Of a stretch of 64,000 nt of DNA, positions 30,932-40,390 are shown one piece after another. The notes under the pieces are model-generated. The model was given only the letters and a program-made list of their open reading frames with translations. It searched no databases and was not told where the DNA came from. Numbering within the stretch: the stretch's first letter is position 1; the number at the start of each line of letters is the position of its first letter. The stretch covers positions 320 to 64,319 of the forward strand of contig JADLES010000089.1 in NCBI GenBank assembly GCA_020845995.1, given 5' to 3'. The position numbers were made by a program, and so were the translations under genes. This DNA comes from Burkholderiales bacterium. GTDB taxonomy: Bacteria > Pseudomonadota > Gammaproteobacteria > Burkholderiales > SG8-39.

Positions 30932-31762
30932 ATGGAACCCAAGCCGACGCGGTCGCAGGATCCGCTCGCCCTCGCGTTTTTCGGCGCGGCTCTTGTCTTG
31001 CTAGCCGCTTTGCTGCTGTACGTGTTCTTCTTCAGGTCGCCGGAGCCGGCGCCGGCAAAGGGAACGGCGGACGTGGTGGAAGGATTGCGCCGCAAGATCA
31101 CGGAACTGGCCAAGGAAAGCACGGCCAAACGCCCGGCAGCGCCGGCCCCGGAGCCGGCGGCTCCGCAGGCGGCGGGGTCGCGATCGGCTGCGCCGCCCGC
31201 CGCCCCGGTTGCCGGCGCCACGCTGGAGGCTGGCCGCAGCTGGCGCTACGCGGTGGTCGTCGAACCGCCGATCTGGCGCGACATCACCCTGACCTACCGC
31301 ACGCGTCGCGAAGGCGCCGGCATCGGCGTGCTTACCGACTTCGTCCACGCGGGCGGGAAATCGAACTTTCACCTCGGCGTCTTCTCCCCGGGTCATGCGA
31401 CCCACGCCAACACGCGCTTTCCGGGGTTCTTCATGTACGCCGCCTACCTGAAGCAGCCGCTCAAGCCGGGCGACCCGGTCGGCTTCGGCTGGCAGTGGCA
31501 GGGCAAGAGCCCGCGCAGCACGAAGCGCTTCGCGGGGACGGTGACCACGACGGCGACAGTGCTGGTGCCGGCGGGAACGTACCTTGCGGCTGTGGTCGAG
31601 GGCACGTGGACCTACACGGAGGACGGCCAAGTCCGCGCGCGCGCGCACGAGAAGTTCTGGTATGCCCCCGAGGTGTCGCAGATCGTGAGAATCGAGCGCT
31701 TGGGCATCACCCCGGACGAGAGCTCGCAGCGCATTGTCGCCGAACTCGCGGACTATCGCTGA
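30932..31762 (+). CDS. Hypothetical membrane-anchored protein (N-terminal TM, Pro/Ala linker, beta-rich C-terminal domain)
   Basis: 276 aa. TM segment LALAFFGAALVLLAALLLYVFFF, linker AAPAPEPAAPQAAGSRSAAPPAAPVAG, then about 170 aa with no motif I recognise. Codon usage is consistent with neighbouring genes. Confidence 0.6.
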   Translation: MEPKPTRSQDPLALAFFGAALVLLAALLLYVFFFRSPEPAPAKGTADVVEGLRRKITELAKESTAKRPAAPAPEPAAPQAAGSRSAAPPAAPVAGATLEAGRSWRYAVVVEPPIWRDITLTYRTRREGAGIGVLTDFVHAGGKSNFHLGVFSPGHATHANTRFPGFFMYAAYLKQPLKPGDPVGFGWQWQGKSPRSTKRFAGTVTTTATVLVPAGTYLAAVVEGTWTYTEDGQVRARAHEKFWYAPEVSQIVRIERLGITPDESSQRIVAELADYR

Positions 31763-31947
31763 CCTCGTCGCCGGCGCGAGTCTGACAGCGGCGCGAAACC
31801 GCTGCGCCGAACCGACCTCGCGGGGGCTACCATTGTCGCCGGAGATTCACCCTGCATCCTGGACGCGGACTACTGCGCGGCGCGCGTGCTGGTGCAGTTC
31901 GGCGACAAGCGCGCAGGCATGGCGATCAAACCATAGGAGGAAACGCG

Positions 31948-32925
31948 ATGAGCATGACCCGCAGGCATTTCGCCGCCGGCCTCGCCGCTGGCGCGGCGTC
32001 CCTGGCGCTGCCCAGGACCTCGATCGCGCAATCAGGCAAGCCGCTGCGCCTCGTGCTCAGCGTGCCGCCGGGCGCGGCGATCGACGCGAGCGCGCGCCTG
32101 CTCACGGAGCGGCTGAGGGTAAGTCTCGACCGCCCGATCGTTCTCGACTACAAGGTGGGCGGCGCCGGCCTGGCGGCGGGCGAATTCATACGCAATGGCG
32201 AGGCCGACGGCGCGACGCTCCTTTACACGCCGACCGGCTTCTACTCGTTCAACCCGTTCCTGATGGCGAACCCGCCCTACGACCCGGACATGGAACTGCT
32301 GCCGGTCTGCGAGGGCACCATCATCCCGGCGGCGATCACGGTGTCGACCGCGAGCGGCTTCACGACCCTGAAAGACTGGGTGGAGGCGGTGCGCCGCGAG
32401 CCGAAGATGCGCTTCGTAGGGGCGCCCAGCGCCTCCGGCGTTCCGGCCTTCGTCACGCATCTGCTGGCGAAAGCGCTCGGCGTCGATCTGCAGGTAGTGG
32501 CGTACAAGGGCGGCGGGCCGCTGCTCACGGATCTGCTCGGCGGGCAGGTGCCGGCGAGCTCTTCGGTGATCGCCGACTATCTGGTGCAGCGGCGCGGCGG
32601 GCGCCTGAGAATTCTCGCGCAGACGCTGAAGGGACGCACCGCGCTTGCGCCGGACGTACCCTCCTTCACCGAGTTGGGTTATCCGCAGATCGTCGGCAAG
32701 ACGCGGTTCGGCTTCTTCGTCAAGGCGGGCACGCCGCGCGCGCTCGTGGACCAGTACGCGAAAGCGCTCACCGAGGCGCTGCGCGCGCCCGAGACCACGA
32801 AGCGACTGAACGAACTCGGGCTGGAGGTGGCCGGCGGCACGCCGGAGGAGTTCCGCGAGGCGCTGCTGGAGGACCGCAGGCAATGGATGCCGATCGCGAA
32901 GGCGGCCGGCATCCGGCTGGACTGA
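31948..32925 (+). CDS. Bug/TctC-family periplasmic substrate-binding protein
   Basis: Tat-like signal MTRRHFAAGLAAGAASLALP. Contains LRLVLSVPPGAAIDASARL and the family C-terminal region. GGAGG Shine-Dalgarno. Confidence 0.9.
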   Translation: MSMTRRHFAAGLAAGAASLALPRTSIAQSGKPLRLVLSVPPGAAIDASARLLTERLRVSLDRPIVLDYKVGGAGLAAGEFIRNGEADGATLLYTPTGFYSFNPFLMANPPYDPDMELLPVCEGTIIPAAITVSTASGFTTLKDWVEAVRREPKMRFVGAPSASGVPAFVTHLLAKALGVDLQVVAYKGGGPLLTDLLGGQVPASSSVIADYLVQRRGGRLRILAQTLKGRTALAPDVPSFTELGYPQIVGKTRFGFFVKAGTPRALVDQYAKALTEALRAPETTKRLNELGLEVAGGTPEEFREALLEDRRQWMPIAKAAGIRLD

Positions 32926-32927
32926 GG

Positions 32928-33695
32928 ATGCGCACCGACCGCTTCACCGGCAAGGTCTGCGTCGTGACCGGCGGGGCGAGCGGCATCGGCGCCGCGGCGG
33001 CGAAAGGCTTCGCCGCCGAGGGCGGCCGGCTGGTGCTCATGGACCGCGACGCGCCGGCGCTGCGCGAAGCGGCGCAGGCGCTCGGCGCGCGGGCGGTCGC
33101 CGTGGATGTCGCTTCCAGGGCGTCGGTCGAAAACGCCTTCGCCGGGCTGGACGCCGTGCACGTCCTCGTCAACAGCGCGGGCGTGATCGGCAGGTCCACG
33201 CTGCGCAACCTCGCCGAAGAGGAGTGGGACCGCGTGCTCGACATCAACCTGAAGGGCACGGTCTTCTGCACGCAGGCGGCGGCGGCGAAGATGCGCGCGC
33301 AGGGCGGCGGCGCGGTGGTGAATGTCTCCTCCATGGCGGGCAAGCGGGTGTCGTTCGCGGGCGGTGCGCACTACACCGCCTCCAAGACCGGGGTGGTCGG
33401 CTTCACGGCGCATGCCGCCTTCGAGCTGGCGCCGGACCGCATCCGCGTCAACGCGGTCTGCCCTGGGCCGACCCTCACCGGCATGACGCAGCAGGCGGGA
33501 CCCGAGCGCATGGCCTGGGTCGCCGCGAAGATCCCGCTCGGTCGCTGGGTGAGCGCCGAGGACGTGGCGAACGCGATCCTCTTTCTCGCCGGCGACGAGG
33601 CGGCCATGTGCACCGGCGCCGCGCTCGACGTGGACGGCGGTATCCTCGTCTCCAACGGCACCACTTACGAAGAGTACTTCGCCAACCGGAGTTGA
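32928..33695 (+). CDS. Short-chain dehydrogenase/reductase (classical SDR)
   Basis: ATG 2 nt after the upstream stop. Contains VTGGASGIGAA, NSAG and SSMAG...YTASK (catalytic S/Y/K). Confidence 0.9.
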   Translation: MRTDRFTGKVCVVTGGASGIGAAAAKGFAAEGGRLVLMDRDAPALREAAQALGARAVAVDVASRASVENAFAGLDAVHVLVNSAGVIGRSTLRNLAEEEWDRVLDINLKGTVFCTQAAAAKMRAQGGGAVVNVSSMAGKRVSFAGGAHYTASKTGVVGFTAHAAFELAPDRIRVNAVCPGPTLTGMTQQAGPERMAWVAAKIPLGRWVSAEDVANAILFLAGDEAAMCTGAALDVDGGILVSNGTTYEEYFANRS

Positions 33696-33696
33696 C

Positions 33697-35430
33697 ATGA
33701 ACCAGCCCGCCGAACCGATCCCGCCGGTCCCCGCCGGCGCCTGCGACCTCGGGGCGTATCCCGGCGAAAACGCCGAAAAGCGCATCGCCGCCGGCGCCTA
33801 CGACCCGGCCGGCAAGGCGGTGCGCGTGCTCAACCCGCGCGGCACGCCGCCGCCGGCGGCGCTGCGGCCGATGGCGCCGCGGCCCGCGTCGCTGGAGGGG
33901 CGCACAGTCTACTTCGTGGACGTGCGCTTCATGAATGGCGGCGTGTTCCTGGAGGAAATCCGCAAGCTCTTCGCCGAGCAGCTGCCGGGAGTGAAGACGG
34001 AATTTCGGCAAAAGCGCGGCGGCTACACCGAGGACGATCCGGAGCTGTGGGCCGAAGTGAAAGGCAAAGGGGCGCTGGTGGTGATGGCCATCGGCCATTG
34101 CAGCACCTGCGCGCCGGCGGTGGCGGTGCATTGCATGCGGCTGGAAGACATGGGCATCGCCACGGCGCCGCTCGTGACCACGGCTTTCGTGGACCTGGTG
34201 AAAGCGGTCGCGCGCAAGGCCGGGATGCCCGAGCTGCGCTTCAGCTTCGTGCCGCACCCGGTGGGCGGCAAGACGCCCGCGGAGTTGCGCGCGTACGGCA
34301 AGGGAGCGATGGCCGGCCTCGTCGGCGCGCTGACGCGGCCGTTGAGCGAGGCCGAGACGCGCACCGGCGCGCTCGAGCGGCCGGTGCCGCGCCTCCTGGG
34401 CGCGCGCGACGAAGACGAGCTGCACGCGCTCTTTCTCGAAGCGGGCTGGACCGACGGCCTGCCGGTGGTGCTGCCCACCGAGGCGCGCGTCGCGGCGATG
34501 CTCAAGGGCACGAGCCATGCGCCGGGCGAGCCGGTGGGAAAGATGCGCCCCACCGAGACGCAGGAAGACTGGAGCTATACCGTGGAGCAGGTGGCGGTGA
34601 ACGCGGTGATGGCGGGCGCGAAGCCCGAGCACCTGCCGGTGATCCTCGCGCTCGCCGCCACCGAGGTGTCGGCGCTGCACAGCTCGACCAGCTCCTTCGC
34701 GGCGATGGCCGTGGTGAACGGGCCGATCCGCAAGGAAATCGGCATGAACGCGGGCCTCGGGGCGCTCGGGCCGTTCAACCACGCCAACGCCGTCATCGGC
34801 CGCGCCTACGGCCTGCTGTCGCGCAACCTGGGCGGCGGCGCGATTCCGGGCATCACCTACCTCGGCTCGCAGGGCAACCCGCTCAATTATTCCAGCGTCT
34901 GCTTCGCCGAGAACGAGGAGCGCAGCCCCTGGGAGCCGTTCCACGTGCAAAAGGGCTTCCAGGCCGGCGAGAGCGTGGTCAGCGTCTTTCGCGGCCGCGT
35001 CCTCACGCACCTGCTGGAAGTGCGGCAGAAGACCTGGCGCGAGCAGTTCCTCAACCTGGTCGGCGCTTTCACGCCTACGCCGTGGACCAACCTCACGCTG
35101 CTGCTCGAGCCGATCGCGGCGCGCGCGCTGAAGGAGCGCGAGGGCTTCGACTCCAAGCGCAAGCTCGCGCAGTGGTTCCACGACAACGCCAGGCTGCCGG
35201 CGAAGGTCTACTGGGACCACCAGCTCGTCGTCAACTACGTCGAGCCGCAGGCGCGCAAGGGCGTGCAGCCCTTCGCCTCGTACCTCGACATTCCGCCCGA
35301 GGGCATGGTGCCGCGCTTCGCCGACCCGGAGAGGATCGGCGTCGTGGTGGTGGGCGGCGAAAAGAACGCCTACTGGTTCGCCACCGACTTCGACTGGAAG
35401 AAGAGCGAATCGGTGGACCGCTGGCGCTGA
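33697..35430 (+). CDS. Hypothetical 577-aa two-module protein with CSTC (CxxC) motif
   Basis: ATG 1 nt after the SDR stop. The N-terminal module (~aa 60-215) has VVMAIGHCSTCAPAVAVHC. The C-terminal module (~aa 240-577) has GWTDGLPVVLPTE and the NGPIRKEIGMNAGLGALGPFNHAN. No family confidently recognised. Confidence 0.75.
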   Translation: MNQPAEPIPPVPAGACDLGAYPGENAEKRIAAGAYDPAGKAVRVLNPRGTPPPAALRPMAPRPASLEGRTVYFVDVRFMNGGVFLEEIRKLFAEQLPGVKTEFRQKRGGYTEDDPELWAEVKGKGALVVMAIGHCSTCAPAVAVHCMRLEDMGIATAPLVTTAFVDLVKAVARKAGMPELRFSFVPHPVGGKTPAELRAYGKGAMAGLVGALTRPLSEAETRTGALERPVPRLLGARDEDELHALFLEAGWTDGLPVVLPTEARVAAMLKGTSHAPGEPVGKMRPTETQEDWSYTVEQVAVNAVMAGAKPEHLPVILALAATEVSALHSSTSSFAAMAVVNGPIRKEIGMNAGLGALGPFNHANAVIGRAYGLLSRNLGGGAIPGITYLGSQGNPLNYSSVCFAENEERSPWEPFHVQKGFQAGESVVSVFRGRVLTHLLEVRQKTWREQFLNLVGAFTPTPWTNLTLLLEPIAARALKEREGFDSKRKLAQWFHDNARLPAKVYWDHQLVVNYVEPQARKGVQPFASYLDIPPEGMVPRFADPERIGVVVVGGEKNAYWFATDFDWKKSESVDRWR

Positions 35431-35440
35431 GGCGCGGGAG

Positions 35441-36400
35441 TCACTTCCGCGCCATGCCCAGGTCCTGGATTACCTTGCTCCAGCGTTCGTAGGCGTCGCG
35501 CGTGATCGCCGCGAGCTCTTCGGGGGTGGAGGTCGCCGGCTCATAGGCCCCCTTCTCGATGCCGGCCTTCACGTCGGGGGCGGCGAGGGCCTTGACGATC
35601 GCGGCGTTGACCCTGCGCACCGTTTCCGCCTGCATGCCGGCGGGGCCGTACCAGCCGATCCAGCCGGCGAGATCGATGCCCTTCAGGCCCTGCTCGGTGA
35701 GCGTCGGCAGGTCGGGCAGGAACTTCGAGCGTTCTTCGGCCACGACGCCGAGCGCGCGCAGCCTGCCGGTGCCGATGTTCTGCAGCGCCGAGGTCGCCCC
35801 GTCGAACATGAGCTGGACGCGCCCGGAGAGCAGATCTTTCGCCGCGTCGCCCGTGCCCTTGTAGGGCACGTGCACCATGTCGACGCCGAGCTGGCGCATC
35901 AGCAGCTCGGCGAACACGTGCGACGATGTGCCGGCGCCGATCGAGGCGATGTTGAGCTCGCGCGGATGCGCGCGCCCCCAGGCGCGCAGCTCGGCGATGT
36001 TCTTCACCGGCACCGAGGCATGCACGACGAGAAGCTGCACGCCGCGCGTGCCGAGCGAGATGGGCGTGAAGTCCTTGAATGGATCGTAGGACACCTGCTG
36101 CGTGAACGGCAGCTGCGCGAAGGTGCCGTTGAAGGTGTAGAGCAGCGTATGGCCGTCGGGTGCCGAGCGCGCCACCTCCGTCGCGGCGAGCGCGGTGCTC
36201 GCGCCGGGCTTGTTTTCGATCAGCACCGGCACGCCGAGCGCCTCGGCGAGCCTGGGCTGAATGATGCGCACCTGAATGTCGGTGCCGCCGCCGGCGGCAA
36301 ACCCGATCAGCACGCGCACCGGCTTGCCGGGCACCGGAAAGCCCTGCGCCCCGGCCGCGATCGACCACGCACTGATTACCATTGCGACGAGAGTTCTCAT
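35441..36400 (-). CDS. Bug/TctC-family periplasmic substrate-binding protein
   Basis: Signal peptide MRTLVAMVISAWSIAAGAQG. Contains VRVLIGFAAGGGTDIQVR and the family core. Confidence 0.9.
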   Translation of the reverse strand: MRTLVAMVISAWSIAAGAQGFPVPGKPVRVLIGFAAGGGTDIQVRIIQPRLAEALGVPVLIENKPGASTALAATEVARSAPDGHTLLYTFNGTFAQLPFTQQVSYDPFKDFTPISLGTRGVQLLVVHASVPVKNIAELRAWGRAHPRELNIASIGAGTSSHVFAELLMRQLGVDMVHVPYKGTGDAAKDLLSGRVQLMFDGATSALQNIGTGRLRALGVVAEERSKFLPDLPTLTEQGLKGIDLAGWIGWYGPAGMQAETVRRVNAAIVKALAAPDVKAGIEKGAYEPATSTPEELAAITRDAYERWSKVIQDLGMARK

Positions 36401-36427
36401 GAGATCTCCTTTGCGGTGTGTGCTCGC

Positions 36428-37330
36428 CTATTCCGCCATCGGCGGGACAAAGACCGGCGCATAGGCCGGGTCGCGCCGTTCGATGCGCGCGACGAACGGG
36501 CGGGCGAAGTGGGCCGGGAAGAGCAGGGCGGGTGTGTCGACGCAATAGTCGAGCAGGCATCGGCGCGTTTGCCGGGCGAGTTCCTGGTCGACGCAGAACT
36601 GCGTGTTCCACTCGGGATGGTAGAGCTGCACGGGATGATGGATCGCATCGCCGCAGCAAAGGCCGTGCTCGCCGGCCGAGGCGATCTTCAGGACGATGTG
36701 TCCGGGGGTGTGCCCCGGGGCGGGTTCGATGAGAAGTTCCGCCGAAAGCCGGTGCGCTCCGTCCAGAAGGCGCGCCTGCCCCGCTTCGATCACCGGCAGC
36801 ACACTGTCCTCGTAGACCGCCCGCCGGCCGGCGTTTTCCTTCAGCACGGTCGCGACCTGCGCCTGCCAGTAGGCGTTCTCGCTCTCGGAGAAAAGGTAGC
36901 GGGCGTTGGGGAAGGTCGGGATCCAGCGCCCGTTGTCGAGGCGCGTGTTCCAGCCGACGTGGTCCGCGTGCAGGTGCGTGCACAGGACGACGTCCACCTC
37001 CTCGGGCGCCACGCCAGCGGCGGCCAGCCTCTCGAGGTAGGGGGTGTCGAGCTGGTGAAAGGCCGGGTTGAACGGCCGGTACTTGTGGTTGCCCGCGCAG
37101 CAGTCGAGCAGCACCGTCAGGCCGTCCGCGCGAACGAGCCACGAGTGGCAGCTGATCATCAGGCGCTCGTGCTGCGTCGAGTAATGGTGCGGCACCAGCC
37201 AGTCGAGATGGCGCTCGAACAGCCGGCGCTCGAAGCCGGCGAAGAAGGATTCGGGTGGCATGCTCCCCGGGCGCTCGCTTTCCTCGACCCGGGAAAGCGA
37301 GACGCCGCCCACCCGCCAGGATTGGGTCAT
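36428..37330 (-). CDS. MBL-fold metallo-hydrolase (lactonase-like)
   Basis: The ATG at 37330 overlaps the upstream stop (ATGA). Contains CTHLHADHVGW (HxHxDH), and the PGHTPGH, CGDAIHHP metal ligands. Upstream codons of tracked ORF 36428..38485 are rejected. Confidence 0.85.
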   Translation of the reverse strand: MTQSWRVGGVSLSRVEESERPGSMPPESFFAGFERRLFERHLDWLVPHHYSTQHERLMISCHSWLVRADGLTVLLDCCAGNHKYRPFNPAFHQLDTPYLERLAAAGVAPEEVDVVLCTHLHADHVGWNTRLDNGRWIPTFPNARYLFSESENAYWQAQVATVLKENAGRRAVYEDSVLPVIEAGQARLLDGAHRLSAELLIEPAPGHTPGHIVLKIASAGEHGLCCGDAIHHPVQLYHPEWNTQFCVDQELARQTRRCLLDYCVDTPALLFPAHFARPFVARIERRDPAYAPVFVPPMAE

Positions 37331-38286
37331 TCCTTGATCGCGAGCCCGAACTTCTCGAGCTGCACCTTTTGCTGCGCACTGCTTCGCAGCGCGAACGCCT
37401 TCAACTGCTCGGGCGTCATCTCCATCGTTTCCTGGTTGAGCTGCTCGAGCACGCGCAGGTGCTCGGGCTCGTAGAGCGCCTTGCGGAACGCGTCGTAGAG
37501 GATCTTCACCACTTTCGGGTCCATCCCGCGCGGGCCGCCGATGCCGTACGGCGAACTCTCGACAATATCGTAGCCCAGCTCGCGCAGCGTGGGCACGGTC
37601 GGCCAGGGCTTGGAGCGGCGCTCGCCCCAGGTCGCCAGCAGCCGAAATTTGCCCGCATTCACCAGCGACGCCCACCCCGCCCCGTCGGCCGATGCCGTCA
37701 CTTCCCCGCCCATCACGAGCGCGTTGTTGTCCGCCGTGCCCTTGGTGGGCACGTGCAGCAAGCGAGCGCCCTCGCGTTCGGCGATCGTCTCCATCACGAT
37801 GTACATCGGCGAGCCGGGCCAGGTGGCATAGCTCACCTTGCCCGGGTTGGCCCTGGCAAAGGCAAACAGGTCCCTCAGGCTCTGGAACGGCGAGTCGGCG
37901 CGCACCACCACCCCGAGCGTGTAGGCGGATACGCCCATGATGTAGGTGAAGTCCTCGAGCGTGTAATTCGTCTTCGCGATGTACATTTGCCGGTAGACGC
38001 TCGTGTTGAGCTGCGTGAGCGTGTAGCCGTCGGGTTTCGCGCTCGCCGCTACCGAGGCGGGACCGATGGTTCCGCCGGCGCCGGGCTTGTTCTCGATGAC
38101 GATCGGCTGCCCCAGGTGGCGGCTCGCGAGCTGCGCGAGCACGCGCATCTGGATGTCGGTCGCGCCGCCGGGCGGCCACGGGATGACGAGGCGGATCGGC
38201 CGGCTCGGGAACGCATCCTGGGCAAGGAGCGCCATCGGCAGCATGAGCAGGGCGGCAAGCGCCGCGACGGTGCGAAATCTGGTCAT
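37327..38286 (-). CDS. Bug/TctC-family periplasmic substrate-binding protein
   Basis: Signal peptide MTRFRTVAALAALLMLPMALLAQD. Contains IRLVIPWPPGGATDIQMR. Confidence 0.9.
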   Translation of the reverse strand: MTRFRTVAALAALLMLPMALLAQDAFPSRPIRLVIPWPPGGATDIQMRVLAQLASRHLGQPIVIENKPGAGGTIGPASVAASAKPDGYTLTQLNTSVYRQMYIAKTNYTLEDFTYIMGVSAYTLGVVVRADSPFQSLRDLFAFARANPGKVSYATWPGSPMYIVMETIAEREGARLLHVPTKGTADNNALVMGGEVTASADGAGWASLVNAGKFRLLATWGERRSKPWPTVPTLRELGYDIVESSPYGIGGPRGMDPKVVKILYDAFRKALYEPEHLRVLEQLNQETMEMTPEQLKAFALRSSAQQKVQLEKFGLAIKE

Positions 38287-38532
38287 CGTGATCTCCCCTG
38301 GGCAGTGCGGCTCTCAGGATACGCCTTGGGGCGCAAGGCATGCTTGCCGAGTTCCTTTCCGTTTCGCCAGCCGAAAGTTCGTTGGTGAACCGCCTGTACC
38401 GCCTGGCTGCTGCGCCGCCCGTTCGGAATGGCCTCCCGGCAGCGTCGATCGGGAGTTTCGCAAATCGCGCAGCCGCGCCGCGCAAGCCCGAGCGCCTATC
38501 CTATAATTCAACCGATCAAGAGGAGGCTCACC

Positions 38533-39483
38533 ATGAGGCGTTTGCTGGTGCTGGTCGTGGCGGCGGGGCTCGCGGCGCCGTCGTTCGCGCAATATCCGAC
38601 AAAGCCGATCCGCGTCGTGGTGCCGTTTCCCGCGGGTTCGGCCACCGACACCATCACGCGCATCCTCGCCCAGTCGGTGTCGGCGGCGGTGGGGCAGCCG
38701 CTGGTGGTCGACAACAAAGCGGGCGCCGACGGCGCCATCGCCGGCGCGGAGGTCGCCAAGGCGGCGCCGGACGGCTACACGCTGATCATGGCGACCAACA
38801 GCCCGATGGCGGTGGTGCCGACGATGAAGAAGCAGCCGCCCTACGACCCGATCGCCGATTTCACGCCGATCACGGACATCGGCCGCTACACGTTCTTTCT
38901 CTACATCAACGCGAACACGCCGATCAAGACCTTCAAAGAGCTGGTCGCCTACGCGAAGGCCAATCCGGGCAAGCTCAACTACGCCACCGGCAATACCACC
39001 GGCATGGTTTCGTTCGCGCAAATGAACGCGCTCGCCGGCATCGTCATGACGCACGTGCCCTACAGGGGCGAGCCGCAGGCGGTCACCGACATCGTCGGCG
39101 GCCGCGTGCAGCTGCTCTGGGCGACGCCGACCACGGGCCTTGCGCACGTCCGCGACGGCAAGCTGCGGGCGCTGGCCACCAACCTGAAATCACGCTCAAG
39201 CCTGCTGCCCGACGTGCCGACGATGGCCGAAGTCGGCATCCCGGGCTATTCGGTGGTGTCCTGGGCGGCGCTCTATGCACCCGCGAAGCTGCCGCGCGAA
39301 CTGCAGGTGCGGCTGAACAAGGAGTTCACCGACGCAATGAAGCGGCCGGACGTGATCGCGCAGATGGACAAGCAGGCGTTCCAGACGACGGGCAGTTCGC
39401 CGGAGGAGCTTGCCGCGTTCACGCGCTCGCAGATCGAGGCCTACCGGGGCATCTTCAAGTCCATCGGCGTGCAACCGGAGTAG
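38533..39483 (+). CDS. Bug/TctC-family periplasmic substrate-binding protein
   Basis: ATG at 38533 after AGGAGG. Signal MRRLLVLVVAAGLAAPSFA-QY. Contains IRVVVPFPAGSATDTITR. TATAAT at 38502-38507. Confidence 0.9.
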   Translation: MRRLLVLVVAAGLAAPSFAQYPTKPIRVVVPFPAGSATDTITRILAQSVSAAVGQPLVVDNKAGADGAIAGAEVAKAAPDGYTLIMATNSPMAVVPTMKKQPPYDPIADFTPITDIGRYTFFLYINANTPIKTFKELVAYAKANPGKLNYATGNTTGMVSFAQMNALAGIVMTHVPYRGEPQAVTDIVGGRVQLLWATPTTGLAHVRDGKLRALATNLKSRSSLLPDVPTMAEVGIPGYSVVSWAALYAPAKLPRELQVRLNKEFTDAMKRPDVIAQMDKQAFQTTGSSPEELAAFTRSQIEAYRGIFKSIGVQPE

Positions 39484-39487
39484 CGCC

Positions 39488-40390
39488 TCAGCCTCGGCCG
39501 AGCGCGGCTTCGAGACCGGCTGCCGGTTCGATGCCCGGCAGGCTGCGCAACCAGGTGAGCTGGCGCTTGGCGAGCTGGCGCGTGGCGGCGATGGCGCGCT
39601 CGCGCAGCGTCTTGCGGTCGTATCTGCCCTCGAGGTATTCCCAGACCTGACGGTAGCCGACGCAGCGCATGCTGGGCAGGTCGGCGCGCAGGTCGTGCCG
39701 CGTCCTGAGTTCCCGCAGTTCTTCCACCAGGCCCGCCGAGAGCATGGCGTCGAATCGCGCGGCGATGCGCTGGTGCAGCCCGGCGCGGTCCGCGGGCACG
39801 AGAGCGTAGGCCTGCAGTCCAAACGGCGGCTCGCCCCGTGCCTTGCCTTGCAGGGCCGACAGCGGCTGTCCGGTCAGGCGGAGCACCTCCAGCGCTCGCT
39901 GGATGCGCTGCGCGTCTGCGGGCCGGATGCGAGCGGCGCTGCGCGGGTCGGCGCGCGCAAGCTCGGCGTGCAGCGCCGGCCAGCCGCGTTCGGCAGCCTC
40001 CGCGTCGATCCGGCGGCGCAGGCCCGCGTCGGCGGCGGGCAGCCGGTCCAGACCATGCGCAAGGGCCCGGTAGTAGAGCATCGTGCCGCCGACGAGCAAT
40101 GGAATTCTTGCCCTGGAAAGAATGTCTTCGACGGCGCGCACCGCGTCCGCGCAGAAACGGCCCGCGGAGTAGCTCGCCGTCGGTTCAACCACGTCGATGA
40201 GATGGTGCGGGACCGCGCGCCGGTCGGCGGCCGAAGGCTTGGCGGTGCCGATGTCCATGCCGCGGTAGACCTGCGCCGAGTCGACGCTGACGATCTCGAT
40301 CGGGTGCCGGGAGGCCAGCTGCATCGCCAGCAGGGACTTGCCGCTGGCGGTCGGGCCGAGGAGGGCAAGAACCCGGGACGCCGGGATCAT
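39488..40390 (-). CDS. miaA: tRNA dimethylallyltransferase
   Basis: P-loop GPTASGKS, plus [18 protein letters not shown] and LLVGGTMLY. Confidence 0.95.
   Translation of the reverse strand: MIPASRVLALLGPTASGKSLLAMQLASRHPIEIVSVDSAQVYRGMDIGTAKPSAADRRAVPHHLIDVVEPTASYSAGRFCADAVRAVEDILSRARIPLLVGGTMLYYRALAHGLDRLPAADAGLRRRIDAEAAERGWPALHAELARADPRSAARIRPADAQRIQRALEVLRLTGQPLSALQGKARGEPPFGLQAYALVPADRAGLHQRIAARFDAMLSAGLVEELRELRTRHDLRADLPSMRCVGYRQVWEYLEGRYDRKTLRERAIAATRQLAKRQLTWLRSLPGIEPAAGLEAALGRG

Noticed and set aside
33697-35430. Possible selenocysteine recoding in the CxxC protein
   Set aside because: The ORF is uninterrupted and has Cys, not an in-frame TGA, at the motif. No SECIS-like hairpin needs to be invoked.
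38502-38507. TATAAT upstream of the fourth Bug receptor gene considered as a full promoter
   Set aside because: There is no acceptable -35 hexamer at 16-19 nt spacing, so it is mentioned only in the gene evidence.
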